The notes beneath the pieces are model-generated. The model was not told where the DNA came from and searched no databases. It worked only from the letters and a program-made list of their open reading frames with translations. A DNA stretch of 64,000 bases from contig MEDY01000012.1 of the NCBI GenBank assembly GCA_001724265.1, positions 124,001-188,000 of the forward strand, given 5' to 3'. Of the stretch, positions 10,672 through 22,481 are shown piece after piece (position 1 is the first letter of the stretch; each line of letters opens with the position of its first letter). The position numbers and the translations under genes are program-made. The DNA is from Rhizaria sp. SCN 62-66 (Eukaryota).

Positions 10672-13517
10672 TTACATGCGCTCGATGGAGGTGATGCCGA
10701 GGACGTAGAGCACGCGCTCGAGCATGATGGCAATGGCCTGGATGAAGACGACCTTGGTGGGCAGCGCCTCGGGGGCGACGGCCGTCAGGCGCACGACCTC
10801 GTACCAGGACGAGAAGGACTGCGCCATGGCAAAGCCGAAGTCGCACACGGGCGACGGGTTGTTAGCCGCGGTGGCCTGCTCGATGACGGCCCAGAAGCGC
10901 GACATGTGCAGCAGCACGGCGCGCTCCGTGGGCTCGGTGAGGTACTTGTTGAAGTCGACGGCACTCTTAAACGCCACGCCGGCGGGAGTGGTGATGAACT
11001 TGCGGAAGTCGAAGCGGGTCTTCTCGTCGCCGGTGACAAAGTCAGCCATGATCTGCTCCTGCGTCAGCGCCACGCCCGTGGTGGTCGTGAAGGCGAGCAG
11101 CGCGCGCACAAAGTCGAACTTGGGACCGTCGTAGCTCTCGCGCGCGACCAGGATCGAGTTGATGCGCGCGAAGGCGTACATGAGGTAGGGACCGGTGTTG
11201 CCGGTGTTGTTGGTCCACTTGTCCATCTCGAACACGATGTCCTTGGCGGTGTCATGGTTGAGCATGCCGTACTTGATCGACGCCACAGCGACGCGGCGGA
11301 TGGCCTCGGGGCTGAGCGTGTTGTTCTTGTTGAACTTCTCGTTGAGCACGCGCTCCATCTCGCGCTTGAGCTGCGAGAAGAGCAGCACGTTGCCCTTGCG
11401 CGACGACATGCGGCCCGACGGCAGCACGACGACGCCGTAGGGGATGTGGACGCACTTCTTGGCCTGCTCGTAGCCACAGAGCTGAAGCACCTTGAAGACC
11501 TGCTGGAAGTGGTGCGTCTGCGCCGCGTCGACGATGTAGATGCTTTTGTCGATCTTGTACGAGTCGAACTTGTGCTTGGCCAGCGCGATGTCCTTGGTGG
11601 CGTAGAGGCCCGCACCGTCGGACTTGAGCAGGACGCAGATGCCGAGGTTGTGCTCGGACAGGTCGGCGACCACGGCGCCGTCCTTCTTGACCAGCTTGCC
11701 CTCGTCGAACCACTGCGGCGGAAAGAAAAAGCAAATAAACAACAACAAAAAACACAAAAGACTCATTGTGAGATTTGAAAATGAAGACAGATGGAGCATG
11801 AATACGCAAGATAATGAAGGATTAGTACAGTCCTATATTTCGAGTGCGTACCTGGGTAACGACGGCGCGGGACGGCTCCGAGACCTCGGACTCGGTGAAG
11901 TCGTGGTCGAAGCGGCAGTCGAGCCACTTGTAGATAGCGTGGAACTCGTCCAGCGACCACTGGCCCGTGCGGCGCCACAGCGCAACCTGGTCGGGCACGT
12001 TGTGCTCCAGAGCGAGGAGCACGTCAGCGGCCTACAAGACAAGAAAGCAGAATGAAAGTGACAATAAAACCAGGTGTCAGCCTACGAACCTACAAAATAT
12101 TTAAACACATACACATCGAATACTTTCAACTTTACAGGGAAAACGACGGATTCATAAAGATCAGATCTAGTAGAGAGCGTACCTGCTTCTTCATGGCGTT
12201 GAAGACCTCCATGACGGTCTTGCCCTCGGGCACAGTGTCCTTGCGGCCCAGCTCGGCGAGGCACACACCCGAAACGGGGTTGCAGCCGTTGAGAAGCTTG
12301 ATCTGCTTCGCGGCGGACGCGGCGGCGGACGCGGAGGCGCCCTTCTTGCTGGCCTTCTTGGGCGCGGCGGCCGCGGCGTCGGCAGCGGGCGCGGCGTCGT
12401 CGTCGTCGCCGCCGCCGCCGAGCTCGGCCTCGGCGAGCATGACGCCGCACGAGTCGACGCCCAGCATGTCCTTAGGCGCGATCACGCCCATCTTCTTGGT
12501 GAGCTTGGCGCCGACGGGCAGGTACGCCACGTAGTCACCGACCTCGTAGCCCGTGCCGCCGCAGACGACGTCTGCAGTGGTGCCCTTGGCGTCGACTTCA
12601 ACCTTGCACAGGTGCCAGTTGGCCGGCGCCTCGGGGTTCGGGTGCGGGCCCTTGGCGACGACCTTGGCGGCGATGACCACGGCCCAGGGCATCGACGTGT
12701 AGGTCGAGATGTCAAGCAGGTCGACGGCCTTGGTGTACAGGTCACCCAGGAACTCGGCGCGCGCCGCCGCCGGGATCGTCTCGAGGTCGTCCAGCGACTT
12801 GAGCGGGTACACCGAGGCCGGGTCCGCGGCGTCGAAGACCTTGCCCTCGGCCGCGGCCTTCTGCGCGAGCGGGAGGTAGATCTGCTGCAGGTACCAGAGG
12901 CACTTGGCGACGTGCGCGCCTTCGTCGCCGAAGTAGTTGACGGCGACGACCTCGTGGCCCGCCTGCTCGTAGAGACGCACAAGCGAGTCGCCCAGCGCGG
13001 CGTTGCGCATGTGGCCGACGTGGAAGGCCTTGTGCGTGTTGGGCTGCGAGTACTCGATCATGACCTTGTCCATACCGGGGATGCGCGTGGGCGCCACGAA
13101 GTCGCCGAACACGGTGCCCCAGATAAGCTGCGAGTGGAAGTCGGGCGTGAAGGTGAAGTTGACGAACGCGCCGGACGTCGTCACGGACTGGAGCACCGAT
13201 ACGCCGTTGAGGGTCAGGCCCTCGGCGGCGGGCATCTCGCGGATCGCGGACGCCACGGCGTCGGCGATGTTGTTCGGGTTCACGTCGAAGCCCATGCTCT
13301 CCTTGAGCTCGGCGGTGCGCGGCTTCAACACGCGCATGGCGAAGTGGCAGGGAAGCACGTAGTCGCCGTGGCCGGCAGTCTTGGGGCGGTTGATCTCCTT
13401 GCAGAGGTCAGCAGCGGCGAAGTCGGCCGCGAACTTGGTCTTGAAGAAGTCCGAGATGAATGCCGCGAGGGTCTCCTTCGCGACAGTCGCCGTGTCGCGA
13501 ACAATCTGCATCGACAT
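10672..13517 (-). CDS. RARS: Arginyl-tRNA synthetase (851 aa) with an inserted tRNA-binding OB-fold
   Basis: Exons 13517-12183, 12031-11852, 11712-10672 (TAA). IEYSQPNTHKAFHVGHMRN (HIGH motif), LLKSDGAGLYATKDIA, RMSSRKGNV (KMSKS equivalent), GNTGPYLMYAFARINSIL, C-terminal LGITSIERM. Confidence 0.95.
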
Positions 13518-14326
13518 AGACAGCTATGCACGGTGCGATGTAATCGTTATAGGAGATTATGTTGGAAGATGTGAGCGGATGAGAGTAATGAAACGCGATA
13601 ATGCAAGCCGAACAAAGGGCGCGCAGGAACCTCCGGTGTGGCCCCGCGCGAAGCTCTGCGCAGAACGTGATAAGGCGCCGGTAGGCGCCGCCGAAATATA
13701 TTATTATATGCCCGCCAAATATGCACCATTATCAATAATTCAAATGTGGATAGAACGATAAGAAGGCGCAATGTAGGCGTGTTTCATGCAGTGCCGCGGC
13801 TTAACATTGCCCCTCCTCTTCGCGCCGACCACCGACAGACTTATGAGCCCACCACAAACTCGATCCGACCCAACCACACACTGCGACACGCTAAACTTCG
13901 TGCATATCTTATCACAGCAGGGGTCAAACAAAACTCTTGCAGTTAAAACTGATAATTAATGATGCATTGACAGTGTGGTATAGATCAAAGTCCTGTTATT
14001 ATTGCGATTCACACTTGTTGAGCATGTGTTCTGGCAATTGCTGTGCTTTCGGCAACATGAAAAACAATTCGTTGCCACCCGCTCGCCGCCCCACCGTTTG
14101 AACCGGAACCTCCTACTTCGAGGACTTCACAGCGCTACCAACACTTCGAACTAATTCAGTGTCCATGAATCATTGTTTATTTCCGGGCTAGTTATCTGTT
14201 TCCTGATTTGTTGGCCCATGTTAGGGGCAGCATCATCCGATTTTCATGCAACTTAAAGAAGTTCCCTCTCTCATGGTTCCATCGCCCACCTCTTTCATCT
14301 TGTGCCATCTAAAGCACCTCCGCGTT

Positions 14327-16738
14327 ATGAGTTATTTCCCGCGCGAGCACCCAATCGCCGTTGGCGACTCCGATCCTGAGCACTCGATTGAACAGTGGGC
14401 GGCGACCTACCCAGTTCCGCGCTGGGTGGCCGAGAAGACGTACAAGCAGTGCTATCACTGCCAAGATACGTTTAAGTCCAACCAGCAGCACAACTGCAGG
14501 CTCTGCGGCGAGATCTTCTGCTCCCGCTGCACCGGTAAGTACCACCTGCCAGACCGCTACGACCTTAAGGGCAAGACGGGCCTCATGCGCGTCTGCTTCG
14601 GTTGCGTCATCACCTGCAACCGGCTGCGCCAGGCCACCTGCGGGCTCCCGCTCGACCGCGTCAACAAGACCATCTCGCCGCCACACTGGCAGGCCCCTGA
14701 GCACTTTGTAGCCTGCAACAAGTGCGCCAAGAAGGACCGCAGCCCGCACAACTGCCGGCTCTGCGGGCTGCTCTACTGCGAGACCTGCGCCAGCAAGCTC
14801 AATATGGAGGTACGTCCCGGTCAATAGCTGCAACTAGATTTGAAACATGAAGCTACTGAAAGAAGTTCACTTATGTTTTGAACGTAACTTAAACAACAGT
14901 TCCATAAGTTTTAACATGTAATTTTAACATTGTTTTGCTTTCTGTCAATTCACTTGACTGCCACGCTTTGCTCGCCTCAGATCCCGATCACGTTCAACAA
15001 GAAGAACAAGACGCCCCCGCACCGCGTCTGCGACCAGTGCCGATACCGCGTCGTCGCGGGCGCCCTGCTGCGCGGCCCGCATGACCCGCCTTCGCCGAGC
15101 CAGTCGCAGTCCTTGCCGCCCGTGCAGGACATCTCCGCCATCCTCGCCTCGGCCCACGGCCACTCCCTTGCTGCGGGGCCCGGGACCATGCCCTCGACGC
15201 CAAGCCGCAACTCGGCCTCCGGCAACGGTGCCACAATCAGTGGCACACGCCCGCGCACGCTGCCATTTGGCTCCTACTCAAGCGCCAACGGCAGCGGCTC
15301 GCAGCGCGACCTCCTCGCTTCACAGGCGCTTCACGCGCAGCAGCAGCAGCAGCGCGGGTCGGGCTCGCGTGTAAGCAACGCCGCGGCCGGCGAGTACCCC
15401 GAGTCTCCCCGCGTTGCGGTCTGCTACGAGAGCGGCGCGCCTGCCGTCCTCCTCTCGCCACTCAACGGCGCTAACACCAATACGAACGCAAACGCAGGCT
15501 ACAGCGAGAACGCCGGCTTCGTGGCGAGCGGCGACTTTTACAACACTAACGGCACGCTCTCGCTCGCCGCGCTCGCCGACCTCCAGCGCCAGGCTGCTGC
15601 AAGTACCCCCACGAGTAACCCCACAGGTACTGGCGCTGCGAATGAGAGCCCGCTGGACCCCACATCCGCGCTAGCTCAAGAGCTAGCCGCGATGGGCATC
15701 GCCAACCCCGGCTTTGTGCCGGGCCACACGGCTGCCGCAACAGCGCCCCCGCTCATGTCCACTGCCAAGGCTCTAGCAAACGCCAACGCAGCTAACGCTA
15801 GCGCGGTGATGACTGTGCCCGTTGTCCCGCCCGTGCCCGCCGTGGCCCCCGCCGCGCCTCCGATCCCGGCCGCCCCCGCCGACGACTCCGTCGCGACCAC
15901 GATTGCAGGCGCGGCTGCTGCGGGCAGTGACGACGCGGTACCCGTGGGTGGCTCGACGTGCATCCACATCAAGCGCATCGGGCGCAGCACGCCGCTGGCC
16001 GTGATTGACCTGGACCCCGAGTGCACGCTCGACACGCTCAACAACATCCTGCTGGCGCGGTGCCCCGAGCTGCGGTTCAAGTCGCTGCAGTACATCGTGC
16101 GCGGCGAGCCCGTGAGCAAGAACTTCTGGGACGCGATGAAGGTCAAGTACTGCCGCGGGGAGGTTCACGTCGCCGAGGCAGGGCTCGCGCTGATGCCGCG
16201 CATGGTCCTCTCGGGCGCAAACGCCGCAGCAGCCACGAACAACACTAGCACGACGCTGACCGCGGCGGTGACGCCTTCCGCGACAACCCCGACCGCCGCG
16301 GGCGCTAAGACAAGGGACGAGAACGCTGTTCCCGCGGCTGGCGACAGCGGCGTGAGCGTTGACGTCACCGAGAGCGGCGAGCTTGACAACGCTGATGACG
16401 ACGGCAACGACACCGAGAACGCCGTCACTCAGCTCGCAGCCGGCGCGACCTCCGGTGCCGCCGGCGTCAAGGCCAGCCGCGCTGCGGGCACCAGCAGCGG
16501 CGTGACCCGCAGCGCGACTGCCCTGGGCGCGCGCACCGAAGCCGAGCCCGCGTACGCGCAAAAGACCAAGCCCGCCGCGGCGCTGCCCGCGCTGCCACAG
16601 GCCCCCGCTGGCGCCGGCGAGGCCAACGCGGCTACTGGCGGCGCTGGCGGCGTGGCGGGCGGCATGACTGTGGCGCAGCGCGCGGCCGCCTTTGCGCGCG
16701 GCGCGCCAGTGCCGTTTGAGAACGAGCAGCGCAAGTAA
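14327..16738 (+). CDS. Tandem FYVE-type zinc finger protein with low-complexity region and possible ubiquitin-like domain (about 746 aa)
   Basis: Exons 14327-14809 and 14981-16738 (TAA); start could be 14246. Two 8-Cys fingers: W..CYHC..HNCRLCGEIFCSRC..RVCFGC and W..CNKC..HNCRLCGLLYCETC..RVCDQC, the second split by the intron. A globular segment near 15955-16175 has a beta-grasp-like pattern. Confidence 0.85.
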
Positions 16739-17692
16739 GCGGCTCTACACGCGCGTGTCGCGGCCACACATGAGAACGACATATAGTAGTCGCAGAGTTT
16801 CTGTTCAAGTTTGTTGTGATGAGTATTAAAGTAAGTCAACGCTGGTGTTGGGTAGGTTATATTGATGATGATACCAGTAATGTAATATTAGTAGTTTAAT
16901 TTAACACGCATTTTGTTTTTGTTTCTCAGTTTCGTTTTGTATTCCAGTTTGTGAACGCGTATTGCATTTCACTTCCTTCATGCGTTATTTTTGTTCTTGA
17001 AGTACATCGAACAACACATACTAGGATGAGCAATACAAAGCAGTGTTAACAGCATTTACATTAATATTTCCTTGTGTCTGTGTTGGTGTGTGAACAATTC
17101 ATCGTTTTTATTGTGAGCTGGCGTAATTGACAAAGTCGTCAGTGGTAGTACGAAAAGCAACAACAAAGACAACAGTCGCAGCTGTCATACGCAGCATCTA
17201 GTGTGAGTGTGACTATCGGGGTTGGCGTCCATGTACGGCGAAAGAGTGAACTTGCGTAGTTTTTGCGTGCTCGCGCGCCGTAAGTGGTGAAGGTCGAAGC
17301 CTACTTACTGACATCCACGAAGGTGCGAAGGAGTATCTTACGAAAAGATATATCGCACCTCCGCTTGGCATACTAATCAAGTAAATCATGTAGAGAATGT
17401 TTAACACTTGAAGCAACAAATAAACACAACACACACAACTGTCACCATACAAATTGACCAAACCAACGTCAGATCGCAAAGAAAGCGCAACACCAAGCGC
17501 AACACCAAGACAAGCACAGCACAACCCAGTTCAGTTCAATGATACATGTAAATGACTCAAATGCATGTTGCCTTTCAGTTTTTACCCCCAAAGCAAAGTA
17601 CTGTACACGTGTACTGAGCGAGCCATCTTCTCATCATCCGGGCCTAGCAGTGACTGTTCCTGTTGCCTTGCAGTACTGACTGTTCCTGTACT

Positions 17693-18882
17693 TTACGCCA
17701 TGTTGGAAGGGGTAAGAGCAGCGCCCGCGGTGCCGCCGGGCAAAGCCTTGGGCTACTTGACGTTGATGGCGGAGATGACAGGCTTGCCCGAGCTGGCGAG
17801 TATCTGGTCCTTAGAGAGCACGCACTGGCAGCGGTTCTTCTGCGCGGCCTTGTACGCGATGCCGCCCGCAAGGCGCACGGCGGCGTAGAACGCGGTGGGC
17901 ACCGTCTTGAGGAGCAGGTTCTTGGTGTTCCTGGCGGCGGCTGAGAGGCACATCTTGAGCGCGCGATCGCTCTCCACGCGGGTTTGACCGCAGATGTCGT
18001 ACGCCTTGTCGTGGGTGTTGCAGCACTGCGTCATGGCGGCGGGCAGGAACTTGACCAACGCCTTGCTGACCGTCTTCATCGCATCGCTGCCACAGCCATT
18101 CTGCACGGTGGTTGAGCGCGGGGTGATCTCGAGGTGGTAGCCGTCGGGGCAGAAGCTCTTCTTGGCACCGCTCTGGCGTGTCGTCGTAGCCGCGGCATCG
18201 GCGGCAGCCGTGCTCTTGGCGTCGGCGGCAGCCTTGGCGACGGCAGCGCCTGCGTTCTTGATGACCGCGGTAAGCGTCGAATTGGTGGTAGGGGCCGCGT
18301 CCGAGTCAGAGTTGGTCTCGAGCAGGGCGGAGATCTCCTCCTCCACGGCGGCCTCGCTGCCGGCGTAGAGCACGTCGGCGACGTCGGTGCCGAAGTTGGC
18401 CTCCAGGTCAATGCCGGCCTCGATGGCCGCGTCGATGGTAGACTCTTGCTCAGACTCGGCCTCCATGTCGGCATCGGCGTCGGCGTCAGCGTCGGCGTCA
18501 ACCTCGGTCTCAACATCAACCTCAGCATCCATGTCAGCATCCATGTCAACCTCGGCGTCAGCCTCAGCCTCGGCGTCGGCCTCAGCAGTTGCATCGGCGC
18601 TCGCGTAAAGCTCCGCAAAAACGGCGTCCTCAGCGACCTCAGTAGAAGCAGCAAGATCGAAAGAGTAGTCCTCGACCTCAGTCGCGGTCGATCCCGCGAG
18701 TACCGCGCCTGTTGAGTGGGAGAGGGTGAAAAGAATGAAAAGGTTGAAGGAGAGTGAGACATGGAGGGCGTGACCCGATCTTCAATGTCATTTACGACGC
18801 TATAGAAGAACCAGAAGATAAAAAATCTGTTGAGTCACGTACAAATAACAGAGACAACAAGAATGAGCTTAAAAAGCTTCAT
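17693..18882 (-). CDS. Secreted group XII-like phospholipase A2, copy A (351 aa if TAG 17753-17755 is read as sense)
   Basis: Exons 18882-18843 and 18708-17693 (TAA). Signal peptide MKLFKLILVVSVICAVLAG, acidic D/E-A region, FCPDGY, NGCG, CCNTHDKAY (His-Asp), FYAAVRLAGGIAYKAAQKNRCQC. Confidence 0.85.
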
Positions 18883-20200
18883 TTCCACCTGCAGGAAAAA
18901 ACACACAAAAGGAAAGAGAAAGGAGGCGGGTGAGCGTCGTCCATCAGGGAAAGCGGTACTCGGACAGCTCTACTGCTTCAGAACAAAAGCGACAACAAAA
19001 TTTTGGACAATGAACAAACAATCCATGCAAATATGCCAGCGATAAAAGGTTGACACGCCCACAAACCGCGTTTTGACCTCGCAGATGAAGCCGCAAGACC
19101 GACCATACTCCTTTTGACACTTTTGACTAAGACGCTGGGAGTGTGCAACAGTCATAGGTGATAAATGGGTACTGGTAGCTGATGAAAATATCTCCGATCA
19201 ATGTAGTGTTACGTTATATGCGCAGTAAATAGTTGACATAAATGATGTCGACAATTTATTAGAACTAGCACCAAGCGTCGGCCATATAATTGCGTTTGTA
19301 GAGTGCGTTTGTAGTGAGATGAAGTACGTGCAAAGAGGGCTAACAGAAGAAACACAGGAGCGACTGTTTGGAATTTGTGCACAGGAGATGTGACGTCAGC
19401 TGGTGCGTTGAATGAATGAAGGGGATTCCAAGACGAGTGACAGATCGTCAACAGTCACAACACCATCTCCAAACAGCTCCAGTCCACGGATACAGACCAC
19501 GGGATACTGGGTGAAGTGAGGAAAAAACTGTGATATGTGAGTGTGGGAAGCATATATCGAAGTCGAAGAAAGAGAAATACAGAATTTAAGAACCGTTGTG
19601 CTCGCACGTGCAAATGCAACAAGAAACAACACCAGTTGTTGGCTTGTGTGGGTTCTGGCTGCACACGGAGGCAAGTCGGAGATTCTTAAAGGATGTGGAA
19701 TCTTTCGTGAACTAAAATCAGCAATAAAAAGAAGGAGAAAACACACACAAAAAAATTAAAAACATATCAATACAAATTGCCAGCACTAACACCAACAACT
19801 TAGCTGTGACGGGCACAGTAAGAGTTAAAGTAAATAGCGGCCAATCTGCCACTTCAGTGTGGGTTTGAGTTTGACACGTTGCACAACACACGCCGTCATC
19901 GTTCCTGCACTCATCTCACAAGACCTAGCATGACGTGCTGTGTTTTCAAAAAACATCAGTGTCGTGGATAGGTGTAGGAAGAGAGCACATGCGCACGTGG
20001 GAGCAACGATCAGCCCGGAAAAATAAAAAGAGAAACACAGGGGACAGGAAATTACCCAGACATCGTCTAGTCACAGACACTATTGTGTTATTGTGACTCA
20101 TTTTTGGAGCGAGAGCAATTTGTTTTAACAGGAACAAGATGGGACAGCTTCGACAACCATGAACAAGTATACGTTCGACTGTTCATCTGGTGTTTCGCAT

Positions 20201-21389
20201 TTAGAACATGGAGGCAGTCGTGTTAAATGCAGCAACCTGGGCCTTGGCCTTGGCCCTGGCCTTGGTGCCAGTGGAGGCAGTTGCGCTGGTCTTGGCGGTC
20301 TTGGCGGCCGCGGCACCAGCCGCGGCACCAGCAGCAACGCCGCCCGTGTTGATCTTGGTCGAGGCGCCGTCAGCGTTGGTGCACTTGCAGTGCATCTCCT
20401 GCGCGCTCTTGTACGCGCCGCCGCCACCAACACGGACGGCAGTGTAGAACGCCTCGGGGATGGCCTTGACGATCTTGTTGGTCGACTGGGCGGCCGCGGC
20501 GGTCAGGCACTGCTTGAGGTTATCGTCGGCCTGCTTGCGGACGAAGGGGCAGTACGAGTACTCCCGGTCGTGCGTGTTGCAGCACTCGGTGATGGCGGCA
20601 GGAAGGATAAAGTTAATGGCATGGTGGATGGACGAGTGCATCTTGGAGCTGCCGCAGCCGTTGACCTCGATCTCGACGCCGGACTTAGCCTTAACGGTGT
20701 AGCCCGCTGGGCAGAAGGACTGCGTGTGGGCGGGGTTCGCAAAAGCAGAGGCGGCGGAAGTGCCCTCGGCCTCGTGCTCGTACTCGTACTCGGCGTCAGC
20801 CTCGGCCTCATACTCAGCCTCGTTCTCGGCCTCGTACTCAGCGTCAGCGTCAGCGTCGGCCTCAGCATCAGCCTCGGACTCGTACTCGGCATCGGCCTCA
20901 GCCTCGAGCTCGAACTCAGCATCGGCATCAGCCTCAGCGTCAGCCTCGGCGTCAGCCTCAGCGTCAGCCTCAGCGTCGGCCTCGACATCAGCCTCAGCGT
21001 CGGCCTCAAACTCAGCCTGAAACTCGGCGGCGAACTCGGCCTCGGACACGAGCTCGGCAAAAACGGTGCCGTCATCGGGATGGCTGGCAGCGAGCTCGAG
21101 CTGGGAATCGTAGGCGTTAACGCCGGCGAACGCAAGAGCGCCTGTGTGGAGAAGGAGAAAGCACATTTGTGCCGTTTTTGTGTGTAGTGGTGTGAGATTG
21201 AGGATAATTTGGAGCGGTGCAGAAGAGGAAAGCAACATGTCATAATAGGGTTGCTGTCGGCACAGGACGCGAATAGTAGTTGTGATTTGATAGACTTCCA
21301 AACGATGACAGTTCATGGAATTCCGAATGCAATGGCAATATGAACGTACACACAAGCGCGGCTGCAACAATAAGCTTACAAGAGCTCAT
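20201..21389 (-). CDS. Secreted group XII-like phospholipase A2, copy B (326 aa)
   Basis: Exons 21389-21350 and 21141-20201 (TAA). Signal peptide, long EADA tract, FCPAGY, NGCG, CCNTHDREY, FYTAVRVGGGGAYKSAQEMHCKC. Confidence 0.88.
20770..21045 (-). repeat. Coding tandem repeat of about 12-bp units encoding Glu-Ala-Asp-Ala in PLA2 copy B
   Basis: Repeated tcagcctc/gcgtcagc/ggcatc units on the + strand; translation EAEFAAEFQAEFEADAEADVEADAEADAEADAEADAEADADAEFELEAEADAEY. Confidence 0.9.
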
Positions 21390-22481
21390 TTCCACTGTGG
21401 GGGATGTGATGCAAAGACGCAGGAGAAGCGGGTAAGCGTTGAGGAACAGCATACAAGGTATTTCCAGGCGACTTTCTGCAGAGTTCAAGTAGTGCACGTA
21501 ATATAATATACCCGATATATGTTTCGCTAAAGAAAATCAGATCAACGTTCTTGCCAGGCGTTGTAAGTTCGTAAACAGTTCGATAAACGAAGGAGCACTT
21601 TGGCCACGTCGCCCATCGAGGTCATCGGACCGAAAAAATGGGAACATCGACCAACCTCTTTTATGAAGATAAGCGTATAATAAAAAAAATATACCTCGCT
21701 CAAATTCCAAGTCATGTCAACGAGAGTATAAGAGACTATGTGTTGCAACTTGAACCATATTAAAAAAACACTGATAAATGCAATGCATCCAGATACATGT
21801 TGTATAGCTGTCCACTGAGTAGACGTATTGTTGGGCGCTGATTACAAACCACCTCGTATATCTAATATTATGGGAACCGGGGGTCGCACAACTTGATTGT
21901 GTCATTGGTGTCGAAGTGACTGAAGTCAAGACCATGTGATATTTGCGTGACTTAAAGCGACATGATTGAGAGAGTCAAAGCTTAATGTGTGACCTTCAAA
22001 TATCATCAAAAGCAAGCGACGTGAAATCCACGTTAGAAATGCACATTTGTAACAGGCGAGCTCTGCGTTGACGATCATACGTAGAGCTTAATTGTGATCA
22101 ATCATCCGAATAAACACACATAAACGTACAAGTGAGCAAGCACTGTGCACAATTATGGTTTATGGGAGTTAATCTTTGAAAAGAGGGATGTGGCTTTCAC
22201 TTGAAACTCTAGCTGGTCTCATCGTGCAAGTACTGACAAGAATATTATCATATTAATAAGATTGTGAATGAAAACAGACTGTGAACAACGTAGTAACAGA
22301 ACACGCGCGTCGCGGGTTGTTACAGCCGAAATTAGATGACAAGAATTAAGAGATAAGATATGGTTTAGCATTCTACAAATGCAAGGAACAAAAAATTAAC
22401 AATACACAAATCAAATCACACTGCACAGAGTAACATGAAATTTTAAGCACCACCGTCAGCGGTGCGGAGCAAAGCGAATCA

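Noticed and set aside
10633-13574. Long antisense and alternate-frame ORFs (10633..11778, 12612..13574, and similarly 26858..27994, 46843..48012, 51593..52843)
   Set aside because: Shadow ORFs expected from strong GC3 bias opposite well-supported genes; no recognisable domains.
14204-14246. In-frame TAG at 14222-14224 upstream of the FYVE ORF
   Set aside because: A TGA lies six codons further upstream with no ATG in between; non-coding.
19200-20150. Short ORFs and acceptor-like pyrimidine tracts between PLA2 copies (also 21540-22370 and 23600-24800)
   Set aside because: No consistent exon chain, coding-like codon bias, homology or terminal repeats that I could support.
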